A stretch of DNA of 64,000 nucleotides, from NCBI RefSeq assembly GCF_947568905.1, contig NC_079167.1, positions 24,552,001-24,616,000 on the forward strand, in the 5' to 3' direction. The stretch is from Ostrea edulis (taxonomy: Eukaryota). The notes below the pieces were generated by a model that was not told the origin of the DNA, searched no databases, and saw only the letters and a list, made by a program, of their open reading frames with translations. Made by a program: the position numbers and the translations under genes. Below, piece by piece: positions 1 through 10,815 of the stretch; the first letter of the stretch is position 1, and the number at the start of each line of letters is the position of its first letter.

Positions 1-158
1 TCTTAAAAAATTAATAAGTAAAAACCTTCTAAAACTAAGAACTTCATCTATGATAGACCAGATTAAAATACTAAAAAATATAAATAATTTCCTTTCCCAT
101 GATTATTAATAGAAATCTGTTTTATGAATGAGTTAGGGGCCTACATCCCAAGATCCCG

Positions 159-320
159 ATGATGTTTTAGATGAAGACCCCGATGTTACTATATTGAGAA
201 AACAATTGAAGATGTTTTTGATGAGGACCCTGATGTTACTAAATTGAGTAACAATTGAGGATGATGTTTTAGATGAGGACCGCGATGTTACTATATTGAG
301 AAAACAATTGAGGATGATGA
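159..320 (+). repeat. ~54-bp tandem repeat (3 copies) encoding an acidic DDVLDEDPDVTILRKQLE-like unit in a decayed ORF
   Basis: Three imperfect copies of gatgatgttttagatgaggaccccgatgttactatattgagaaaacaattgag; copy 2 carries an indel that shifts the frame. Confidence 0.7.
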
Positions 321-966
321 CGACTCTGATTATGCTGGTTTAACACTGTCTAGAATTCCGGAAATAATCAAAATCAGTTTTGAAAACATGCATTTTAATC
401 TGTTGATAGTAAAAGTTATTTATCTTGAGTCACCAGAAGAACACATTTTGTACAGGACCAGGGACTTTGTATGGTTACTAGTCCTGTCAAATAGGCAGTA
501 TTTTAAAATGGTAAGCTGTGAACACTGCCCATCCACCCCTTCTTTTTTTTTGAAAAAAACGATGATACCTGGCCGATTCTATCTCTTTTCTTGAATGCAT
601 TGAATAAAATCTTTACATCCTATATCCAAAAGGCATTTTTTGAATTTATATTACCCAGAAACATGTCAAAATGCTATTCATGGTGTTATTGGAAGGCTCA
701 AAGCCGTTTCTTTTAAAATTCAACGTCCAAATGTCCCTAAACTGCGGGTCGATTTCGACCTGATTTTATTGTGAAATTCAAAGCAAAACACTATACCATT
801 TTTCATAAATTAACAAAAACTCCTGTGTAGGGTGTATGATGACGTCAAATTTCCAAAGGGAGATAACATCTATGTTATTAGATTGATATAATTTTCACTC
901 GATTTCTGATGTATCTTAACCAGAAAAGATTTTCATTTAGAAAATTTATTGAAAGCACGTCCAACC

Positions 967-1275
967 GGTCGCGGTAACTCAGTGGTAGAGTGTTTGCTTC
1001 GTAACCAGGAGGTCGTAAGTTCGAGCCCTGCTTGTGCCATGGCCGCGTCAAACCTAAGACGTTAACATAGGTAGTGCCAAATGCACGGGTTTGTCTTATG
1101 ATCTTAAAAACGGAGGTCGCAGCAGGTGTTGGCACGATAAAAACCCCTCACTACTACGGCCCTTAGCGCTATGCATAGGTCTAATTTTGTGGTACTTCAC
1201 CTCCAGCTGGTGACGTCTCAGTTTAATATGAGTGAGCATTCTATTTCTTGATGGGAAGTAAATCAATCAACCAAC
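967..1275 (+). mobile_element. tRNA-derived SINE
   Basis: A box (taactcagtgg) and B box (gttcgagcc) in a tRNA-like head whose acceptor stem does not pair. It is followed by a body (gcaggtgttggcacgataaaaaccc...cagctggtgacgtctc) shared with other copies in the window and ends in an (aatc)n-like tail. Confidence 0.85.
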
Positions 1276-1562
1276 ATCCAGCTACATGTACGTGAGCTAA
1301 GTGAAAAAGACCTACAGAATGCATAATTACACACGATACATGTATTTGAAAAAAGAGTTATTCTTTTCACGGGATAAATGTAATGTCTTTTCAGGTTGTT
1401 CATCTTTCCATACATAGGTTGTAATTAATTTATTTACCTGATGATTTTAAGAACCATATTTCTTATAGCTAGAAATATCACTGTTTTCTTAGTCAGTGTC
1501 TTTGACAATTTACTAATTAAAGAACTGGGTATACTTAAGTTTACATGATTATTTTCAAGTGA

Positions 1563-2800
1563 TTGAAAATCCCATTCAGAAACAAAACGTCTCTTTCGTG
1601 TCGCACTCTTTGTGGACCTACCTCTAGATCAGGCAGTGGTCCTACGGAATTTATGCCACCTTTCTTTTTGTCAGTTCACTACAGAAAGGCTCCTCATACA
1701 GAACTTCGTGATTTTTTGTCATTCCCTTTGAAATCGATCTGCAACGTACATGTTGTAATTTCTTTGTGAATTACAGTGAAACTCGCATTATTGTAGGCGC
1801 TACCTTCTTCTGTATAGTCTCCGTATTCTGCAAAACAAATATGGTATATAACTATTTATTCCAAGGGGTGTCATTTTTCTCTGATTTTATATAATAGTTG
1901 ATGGACAATGGCACGACGTTTTCGAAGAAAAAACCCCAGACAGCGTACTTTTCTCCGGTTGTACCTTCTACCTTGAAAGACTTAAGCTTGGGAACCTGCA
2001 CCACATATTTGCCTTTTCTTCCAGTTGCTATCACTAATTTCTTTTGCACTCCATCGGTGGTTCTGAAGTATTATTAACCCCATCCTTCTTTTCTGTAGGA
2101 ACAGCTTTCATTTCCTTTGATTTACGAAACGATGTCAGCAGGATCACATGCCACTTCTGTAAATTCTACTTCATCTTCCTCAAGTCTTGCTGTGGAATAT
2201 GTATTTCTAAGAAAAAATTGTCGAAATTCATATCGACCTCTCAAAGTTCCATTATACATGTGACTCTGGTCCATATGTAAAGCTAGTACAGAGGCATCAA
2301 CTGTTACTTGTTTCCACTCATGCAAATCATCGCTTAATGACTGTAAGTTCTGCCTCTGAAGCGTTGTTGGTAATATCTGAAAAGGGATAATAAAGCCCGT
2401 GTTTTCAACTAAAAATCTTTCTGCGCGGTTTACGATGTCTTTTTGTAAATGACTATCAAAATAATCCACCATGTCTTCGCTCTAAGAATCTACCACACCG
2501 CATTTCAGAATCTGGAATTCATCCAAAGATGTTGCATTCAGAAGTTTAATGATTCCTTCCATATAAACTGGAATTATTATAGAACTGGCACCATTAAGTT
2601 GCAACCATAATGCAGGATTGGTAGATTTGGTATTTCTTCTGAAACAGGCTTTTGTTTAGATTCAAAGACAATTGGTATTTGGACCTTTCTATTGGCAGGG
2701 CATTTATCTGTGATAAACTTCATAGGACGTGGACTTAATTGTCTCTTCTCATGAGTATTCATTGAATAAGAGTGTCTGAAAATTACATTATTATCTCCAA
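1563..2800 (-). pseudogene. Decayed MULE (Mutator-like) transposase with SWIM zinc-finger remnant
   Basis: Frame-broken translation gives IFRH..HEKR..MKFITDKCP..IPIV..PNL (MULE-like core), MVDYFDSHLQKDI, TNNASEAE.TVIKR (the TNNxxExxN-type motif) and FKVEGTTGEKYAV..SCHCPST (SWIM-like CxC). Multiple stops and frameshifts are present. Confidence 0.65.
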
Positions 2801-2805
2801 TTTAG

Positions 2806-2917
2806 AATATGTTTGGTTGTGAGTGTTTGAGTTTCCCTGACGGCCCCCTAGGCTCACGGGGGGGGGGGGGGGGGGGGGGGCGTCAGGGAAACTCAAACAC
2901 TCATAAACAAACATATT
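2806..2917. mobile_element. Hairpin MITE-like element with a poly-G spacer
   Basis: 37-bp inverted arms aatatgtttggttgtgagtgtttgagtttccctgacg / cgtcagggaaactcaaacactcataaacaaacatatt (35/37 complementary) around a spacer containing a long G run. Confidence 0.75.
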
Positions 2918-3911
2918 TCAATAGGTTAACCGCCGTAGAATGGTTGAAATATTGCCAAAACGGCGTAAAAGCATAATCAATTAATCGAATTTAATGACAT
3001 ACGATAAGGCTTTAACTACATTTTGGTCATTAACATCCAGAAGCCTTCCAGATCATCTAAAAGAATCTATTTTTGACGTTCCGCATTCAAGGTATTTCTG
3101 ACTTCTTTCATGTATCGAGATTTACGTGTACCAATGAAATTGCAGCGCGTCGTGCACCCAGTCTGTCTCTAAGACTTTGTTAAAACCATTCCATTTTCTG
3201 TTCATTATTTTTCGTATTGCATCGAGTTCATGAAAAGATATTTTCATACTAACAGCATCTAGGTGCAACTGTTTGTAACGTCAGGGTATATATACATGTA
3301 CCTAGCGGGAAGTCTGACACATCTGTAAGGTTTCCCGTTTTTGAATGGTCAATATAATAGCTATTGTTTCACTCATGGTGCCCTTTTTATAACATGGTGT
3401 CCAGTCGTTTTATTAATGACGAAGTGATAAAATACAAATAAACCTACCTATTTTGGTTAGATTGGAAAACAGTTTACCTACATTTGTCATGGTATCCCTT
3501 TTTCATGGCAATTATTTTTATCAACATATATTGTTAAAACGTTGTTTTATTCACTGCTCGACTGTTCTCATAGGTCTAACACTCCGCGGGGCTGATCCAA
3601 ACTAACCAGGGACCTTGGCAAAGTGACTAATGGTTCATAGTCAAACGTTTAGCCAAATTGCGCTTTCAATGTCTCTCCATTATAAAGTTAGGACTTCGAT
3701 CATCGATGGAGAGACAGCATGTTTTCTGTGTATCCCCCAGTTTGTGGGTAATATACAGTACTGTATATAATATACTTTTTGCAGTGTTGTGTATGAGTGT
3801 GACAAAATTGCTTTTGACTTTTATTTTTAACACAAAAATACATAAAGTGAACCAATGAGATCAATGATTTTCTTGCAACATGTATAAACAAGTCCAATGC
3901 TTCCGACGAAT

Positions 3912-6394
3912 TCATTTCAAATGTTTTGCAAGCCATCGAAAAGCGTCCCCGTAACCTTGACGATATACCATGGTGGTCATAAAGAGTTTGCACTCTCGAT
4001 TAGATGTGTTTTCTTGATTCTGTAAAAAAAAAAAAAAAATCATTAAAATTAAATTTTTGAAAAGCAAAGCAAGTTTGAATGATTTTGAAAATTATACTGT
4101 CATGTAGGCTAAAGGTTCGTACTAAAGTAAATTTATCCTTTGATCTTCTCTCTGTATGTGTGCGTGTGTGTGTGTAATACTCTGTCTTTTTCGAAAATGT
4201 AATGTATAATAGGGTCTTATTCAAATGCCTCTAGATCTAGTTTTTTCAGCATTCAATTTCCTTTTTGGAAACCTGGCAACATAGATGACTACATTCTATT
4301 AAATTTAAATCTATTTACATGTATATTTGAATAATATCATTACTGGAGAAAATATTTAACAATTCTATTAATGTTTTCACTTACTGAAATTAACTCCTGT
4401 TGTAAATCAAGGACTTGTATCAACTCCTCCATACCATAGCAGCCGGATTTATCAGTTTTATTTCCCAATATGGCCACAGGAATTTCTGGTGGCAATTCAC
4501 TAGCTAATATTCCCTGTAATGAAATAGTAAATTTACAGTTTTGAACACCTGTCTTTCATAACGGTTTGCGTGGTAATTTACAATGTACCAGTGACCGGAA
4601 AGTAAAATCGAGAACGTCAAACTGTATCTTAAAAAGCACATTTAAACATACTTATGTAATACAGGTAAATTGTATCACCTGTAAATTTATTCTACTTCCA
4701 ATTAAGAGCGTTTTGCAATTTTTCAACTTTAATTAGCTTAATCAAAACTGTGTGAATATTTTACGTTTTATAGGATTCTACCTACCTTTAATTCTGCTCT
4801 CGCTTCTAAAATCCTTTCTTTGTCTGTTGCATCAATAACAAATATAACCGCATTAATGGCTGGCATGTATTCCCGCCAGAGTCTCCTGGCTGAAGAAATA
4901 GATAAATAGCCAAACGTTTAAAATTCAATATAGGAAGTAGTTGTCTCTATAATTTTGATTAACATTTCAAAAGTGGAGAAATATTAGAAGGAATGTTGAG
5001 ACTATATATGTATCCTCCTCCTTAAATATTAAGGAAACAAGGGGATATTTTCAAAATGTTAGAAGTCATGATATTTGGTATATACATGTATATATACTAT
5101 ATATAAAGAGATATTTCACAAATATTTAAGGAAACATTTCTCAAATATTAAGAATTTATGAGATCTGCTACACATACAAGATGCATTTAAGGGAACATTT
5201 TACAGAATATTTGAAATGTATGCGATATAAGGGAACATTTCACAGATATTTAGAAGCTATGCGATCTAAGTGGATATTTTACAGATATTTAGAATGTATG
5301 AGATCTGGTACAAGTCTCTACATGTACCTATGCCGGACATACGTACCCATCTGATGACCTCCTAAATCATACGCTGTAAATGTTGTTCCAGCCAGTGTCA
5401 TTTCCTCCGAAACTGTAATTATAGAATATTCAGCATTTAACATGCATCCTTATGCTACCACTTAAACAATAATATATATTGGAAAGTATAGAAGGTTGTT
5501 CGTTTTACATGCCCCCCCACCCCCCCCCCCCCCCACCCCTCCGATCACTGTTCGTTATCTTCACATTTTCATCATTACTTTAAAAGAAATCATATCCTGT
5601 AAAAAGCAATTAATTTTCAAGACAAGTACAAAACGAAATATACACCCCTATAAAGATTTATCTAAAACTTTACACATCACCCTATTTCATTCTATACTTT
5701 TAACACATTCCTTGCTATCCATGTATATGTACATGTAAATTCTGTGTTAGAAGTTCAAGTACGATCTATGTAAACTATTGACATACGGTGATGCAATTTA
5801 ATTAGTTCATTGTTTTCATGTCTACATCATTCAAAACAACATATGCATTTATTCCTTGTATATTTATCCCTTTTCCTTAAAATAATTGATGACATTCAAA
5901 CAACCCTCTCTTTAGCATCGACTGAGCATTGGTAAATGTAGATATTTTGTTTTCTAAAGGATATCCATATGGCATGTATTCAATATCCGTCTAGAAAACT
6001 ACATATTTTATTGTGCATTTACAGGTTTATACTAAAACGACTATTTCATACCGCACATACATTGTTGTTTATTTTTTAGATTTTACCCTGGGTATATATC
6101 TGTACACCTGTATAATTACCTGGGCGGGGGGTGGGCGGATGTTGAACCAGTTTTCCGTGTTTCAGCAGAGAAAGTAATGTTGATTTCCCGGCATTATCCA
6201 ATCCTATTATCATTAATTTTGCCCTCCTATAAAAGCCTAAAACAAAAAATTATCAATCTGTTAAACCATTCTATGAAATATGAACAAAATCTATGTACAC
6301 AATATATACATATAAGATTCTAAACTTTATTAGAATGTATTTACAGATACTTACCAATGTAATACAGTATCTCCCAGATCCAGTTCATAAACAT
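3912..6394 (-). CDS. SAR1: Divergent SAR1-family small GTPase (COPII initiator), 6 exons, 187 aa
   Basis: Exons 6394-6355, 6236-6120, 5412-5347, 4889-4786, 4513-4385, 4019-3912, all with GT/AG junctions; 564 nt in frame. Protein: MFMNWIWEILYYIGFYRRAKLMIIGLDNAGKSTLL (P-loop)...PPT...SEEMTLAGTTFTAYDLGGHQMARRLWREYMPAINAVIFVIDATD...ILGNKTD (G4)...KLFMTTMVYRQGYGDAFRWLAKHLK*. GLDNAGK, DLGGH and RQGYG.AFRW are SAR1 hallmarks. Confidence 0.93.
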
Positions 6395-6693
6395 TTTTAA
6401 TTTTAGGTTTGTTACAATCACTCTCTTTCACGTGTGATAGTTTTCATTCATTAGACCTGTGTATATATATACATTGAGGTTTTACATACCACGTAAATAC
6501 AGCACGCGTAACTCAAATACACACTAATACAGCAACGCTGTCAGCGGACACGTGTTTTCTCGGGTTTAAAGGTAGAGTTATCGTTCTTTTGTTATTGTTT
6601 ACGGTAAAATCGAAAGTGCCATATCGTTTGGAATGTTTATGGAAATATTCAAACAACAGCACGTATTCATTCCATACATCTTTTCAATAAATC

Positions 6694-6698
<5 letters not shown>

Positions 6699-6751
<53 letters not shown>
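6699..6751. repeat. (AT)n microsatellite
   Basis: About 26 AT units; source of the spurious ORF 6695-6898. Confidence 0.95.
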
Positions 6752-6752
<1 letters not shown>

Positions 6753-7184
6753 CTCATCGGCTTTGGTCGGGTTACTACAAGACGTGTACCAATGAAATCG
6801 CGGCGCGTCGTGCACCCAGTCTGTCTGTAATACTTAGTCAAAGCTATTTTTTTTCAATTCATTATTTTTCGTGTTACACTGAGGTCATGGTAAGCTAGTT
6901 TTTAAACTAACTTATTTGTAATATTTAATCAATCAAAATCACGATAGCAAACAAATCGACTTTTCAGTATCAAAAAATTTACTACTCTTTTGAGTATCAG
7001 ATTTTTTTCTATGATTATTATTATCATTATTATTTTGATAAATAAGGAAAATTTAATTAAGTTTTTTAATTTAAATCGGGTGTGAACGTTTAAGAATTGT
7101 TCGAAAATAAGAATATTTACTATTTACATGTAATATATGAATTATTTCACGTATAGATATAACTCTATTAAATAGGTTGCAAAC

Positions 7185-7562
7185 ATGTCGAAGGTAGTTA
7201 TCAATGATATTGTGCATCGACCCTCAGCTTTCATGGCTCTACTCGGACTTCTCTCCCTCGGACAGGGGTTGTTCTATTTGACATTCTCCGGATTAACTTC
7301 CATGCCGTGTAACCCGCTGATGGTGCTGGGATTAAACGCTCTGTCGACCGGAATAACCCTCATCATTATAGCAAAAGTTTGTTTTAAACCTGTAAATTCA
7401 GGAATTGTCGAAAAAATGAACAAAGAGATTCCCGCGAAGGATGGTTTTGAAGCTGGTGACAGAAAAAGAGTTGGCGACCTACTGAAAATGCACAACACGG
7501 AGGATGAAAAGTCGTTTGACTTCCTTCACTCTGAAGAAATAAAGGATAAAAAACTCAATTGA
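7185..7562 (+). CDS. Putative small two-pass membrane protein of unknown family (125 aa)
   Basis: ATG-to-TGA ORF that is GC-richer than its flanks, with two hydrophobic segments (AFMALLGLLSLGQGLFYLTF; LMVLGLNALSTGITLIIIAKV) and a charged C-tail. A possible splice acceptor (ttaaatag) lies just upstream of the ATG. No family recognised. Confidence 0.55.
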   Translation: MSKVVINDIVHRPSAFMALLGLLSLGQGLFYLTFSGLTSMPCNPLMVLGLNALSTGITLIIIAKVCFKPVNSGIVEKMNKEIPAKDGFEAGDRKRVGDLLKMHNTEDEKSFDFLHSEEIKDKKLN

Positions 7563-7675
7563 ACCACAAACTATGAATATTGTATATTCCATAGTTTTTA
7601 GAATGCATTATTAATTCATATATTTAGTATTCTATGTGACGTGAAGTAAAGTCACACAAAGAATAAGTTGTTACA

Positions 7676-8232
7676 TGTAGCTCATGTGAGCTAAAGGTTC
7701 ATGCGATCATGTGCTTTCCTTGCCACCTTCTGCCCACCGTGGTCTTGTTGACTGCCTAGCTTAAACTTTTCACATGTTTGTCTTCTTCCTCAATATTTAC
7801 TGGGCTCTTTTCTGCCAAAAGCGACATGTCACAATGCATCCCGAGGTAAAGGGATCCAAAGGTTCAAGGAAGGACCACGCCTCCTGGCAATGGTAAACAA
7901 TATAATCCCTAGCTGGTACGGGCTGGCCACAAAGGCTGCTCAAAGTTTTACATGGGAATGCATTCTTGTTATTTTTCTCTAAAACCACGTACAAGGGTAT
8001 GATATGTCAAACTAACATGCAAGCATCTAAATGTGGTGTACATTACAAGCATGAACTCTCGGTTTTCCAAAGGAATCTTCAAGAACCACATGGAATAGAA
8101 ACAATCTGAACCCAGGGGGAGGGGACAGGAAGGGGATTTTGAGGTTTGAAGACCACCAAAATAAAGTGGTTTGCAACGATGCCACTCTTAAAATTTTGAT
8201 ATCCTCAATCTCCTGGTGAATATGCTTGCACA
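7676..8232. mobile_element. Degenerate Helentron/HINE-like non-autonomous element
   Basis: Starts tagctcatgtgagctaaagg, resembling the 46582 copy terminus (ttagctaacctgagctgaaagctc), followed by decayed internal satellite-like units. Confidence 0.55.
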
Positions 8233-8570
8233 TGGTATATAAACTACTTCAGGTAGAAGGTTGAATGTTCGACCCCATGTTGTCAGGACTTTTATATTTG
8301 CGTGATCAGTAGCTTAATAGTAATATGTTTGAAAGATTTCGACATTTTTTTAATAATGTTTATACATGTACGTACTACATGTATATTGATTATATTTTTA
8401 TGAGATATATTTTTTAACCGGACGATCTGCTTCTTTTTTTTTCCCTTTTAATACGTTTACCATATTGTGTATTTTGTGCTGTAAGCTTGAATATAGCATG
8501 TTGTTAGCTTTGATATACTACATAAAAGTAATTTCACATTTGCATACGGTTTCTCGTTCACCTATGTTGA

Positions 8571-8698
8571 AATAGGAACTGATGTTCTGTTCGAAAGAAT
8601 GAAATAAAAAGTGATGTTCTATTCAAAAGAATGTAATAGAAACTGATGTTCTATTCAAAAGAATGTAATAGAAACTGATGTTCTGTTCAAAAGAAATG
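8571..8698. repeat. 32-bp minisatellite (~4 copies)
   Basis: Unit aatagaaactgatgttctattcaaaagaatgt; period 32 measured at 8635 and 8667. Confidence 0.85.
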
Positions 8699-9090
8699 AC
8701 TTAGTCGTACATGTATCTTGGCTATGATAAGCCAGTGGCACAATAATTAATTTGTACTACAGTGTTTTACACACGAAATATACATTTGTTTTCATACATT
8801 ACTGCTACATTTACCAGACCACAAAGGCGAGAATTATACTACATTGTAATGATGGTCAACTCACTATCAACTACAATGTATAAAATCGTTTCATTGCTGT
8901 TACAGGTTCTAGGCTTTGATAATTGAAATATTGTTATAATGTGTTATAATAATGAACATGTTTCTATTTGTTGAAGGAACAAGAAATAAAGAATATTCCT
9001 ACCCCGTTTCTCACGTGACCCGTGAAATAATACTTCTCATGACGAGCAACATATGAAATATGTTTTGTATATATATCCTTATAAAGTTTG

Positions 9091-9201
9091 TAAATATCCC
9101 ATAGGACGTTTTTGTTTTCTTCTGTAGGCAATCTAATTAATCCTCAAAATTTACTTTTTCTGATTTTTAAATTTCACGAAAAACGTCCTGTGGGATGTCT
9201 A
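9091..9201. mobile_element. Tiny MITE-like inverted-repeat element
   Basis: atcccataggacgttttt (9096) versus aaaaacgtcctgtgggat (ending 9196): 17/18 complementary. Confidence 0.55.
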
Positions 9202-9844
9202 CATACTAATTCCATTTAATAATTTCACGATAAGAAAAATCTCCTCAAGAAACATGAATAAGCTATATTTGTCAATGCAATATACATGTATGCAAGTATC
9301 TTCATGTAACGAAGGTTTACGTAGTGATGATTCAAATCATGGCTCTCAGGGCTACGGTAGAGTATTAAAGAAAGGCTTTTAAATATGGAGACAATCATCA
9401 TTTATTTGCATATTTATAGGATACACAACTTTCAACATGTATATCATGTCAACATTATATTATATTAGATTATATCACACACACACATGTATATATATTT
9501 ATATAATTGTACATGCACATCTTTTGCGAATGGGATGCTAACCTGCGTCTGACATTTAGTATTTCATTACGAAAATGCGCAAAATTATGTATTTTTAAAA
9601 AACTTTTATATCTAAACGTTAAAAACTGGCGTGGAGTGGATCCCAATGCTCTCTCCTGGATAGACGCGTGGTGTAGCATGTCTGAACATCGTAAATAAAA
9701 AATTTCACCTAAATAGATCAGAAACATTAGAGTGAAAGACGAAGATAACGAACAATGATCAATCTCATAACTCCTATAAGCAATGCAAAATAGATAGTTG
9801 GGCAAACACGGACCCCTGGACACACCAATTTACAAGTATTCATA

Positions 9845-10212
9845 GCCGTAGCTGCGAGAGTTCTTTATCGTGGTAACTATGTCTATCATGACAAGGAACC
9901 TCCGTTTTGAAGGTCATATCGGAAATACACGTGACTTTCACTTCTACTGTCTGGCACTGTAGAAACAGTGCCTATGTTAAACGTCTTAAGGTTGACGTGG
10001 CGTCAGGGTGGAGGATAGAACACAGAACCTCCCAGTTACGAGCGCCTCAACCACCGCTAGTTTGTTTTACGTCCCTTTGAGAATTATTCACTCATGCTGA
10101 GACGTCACCAGCTGTCTGTGAAGTGCCACATACTAGTATTTACACCCGTGCATGGTGCTCAATGCCGTAGTAATGAGGGATTTTAACGTGACCGGGACAC
10201 GGGACTCTATAT
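9845..10212 (-). mobile_element. Two adjacent truncated SINE copies (same family as 967-1275)
   Basis: Reverse complements of SINE head/body motifs (cctatgttaaacgtcttaaggttgac; gagacgtcaccagctg...gtgaagtgccac). Confidence 0.7.
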
Positions 10213-10216
10213 TTAA

Positions 10217-10539
10217 GGTGGTTCACTACACCCAGAAATAGTTCCTCAAAACAGTACGAATTGATTTAATTATACAAGATATGATAATATACAATAAATA
10301 TATATGCCTAAAAATATACAAATTTGCATAAAAACATGATTTTCAAAAAAAATATTTCAACACATATGAATAAAAGACTGGTGGATTTGAACTCGAGATC
10401 TGCGGTTCACCACCCCAATGCTTTAACCACTGAGCTACGATGATAAACAAACAAATCGATCGATACAAATAATTTCACAAAACATTTAAATCGCCATCTT
10501 GTGACATGGTGTCATATAGCTTTAGTGTAGTGAGCAACC
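10217..10539. mobile_element. Kolobok-type non-autonomous DNA transposon (TTAA target)
   Basis: TTAA at 10213-10216 and 10540-10543; termini GGTGGTTCACTACAC...GTGTAGTGAGCAACC (imperfect TIR, GG...CC ends). Contains an internal tRNA-like segment near 10375-10440. Confidence 0.7.
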
Positions 10540-10559
10540 TTAATTAAGGTCTCATCATA

Positions 10560-10712
10560 AAGACACACGACTCGCACATTTAAATGCCGAGCTTTTTGTA
10601 ATCACTTAGTATAATTTTACATCTTCGGTTTGACGCGGACGAGGCACTCGAACCCAGAATCTCCCACTTACGAAGCGAACGCACCGACCACCTGACCACT
10701 GCGCCCGGTTAC
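10560..10712 (-). mobile_element. 5' portion of SINE
   Basis: Reverse complement of the tRNA-like head and gcgtcaaacc(g/t)aag body seen at 967 and 59788. Confidence 0.65.
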
Positions 10713-10815
10713 TGGTATCTATTTTACAGTAAATTAATATTCAATTGTATAATATGCGCCACAAATATTTAAAGAAGAATTTAAGGAGATTATCAACAAC
10801 TGAAAAGCCTTTGAT

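Noticed and set aside
967-1040. tRNA-Thr(CGT)-like gene
   Set aside because: The acceptor stem does not pair and the sequence continues into a SINE body repeated elsewhere in the window.
9470-9823. ORF beginning MSRGPCLPNYLFCIAYRSYEIDHCSLSS (also at 57388)
   Set aside because: Chance translation of the non-coding Penelope-like tail present in many copies.
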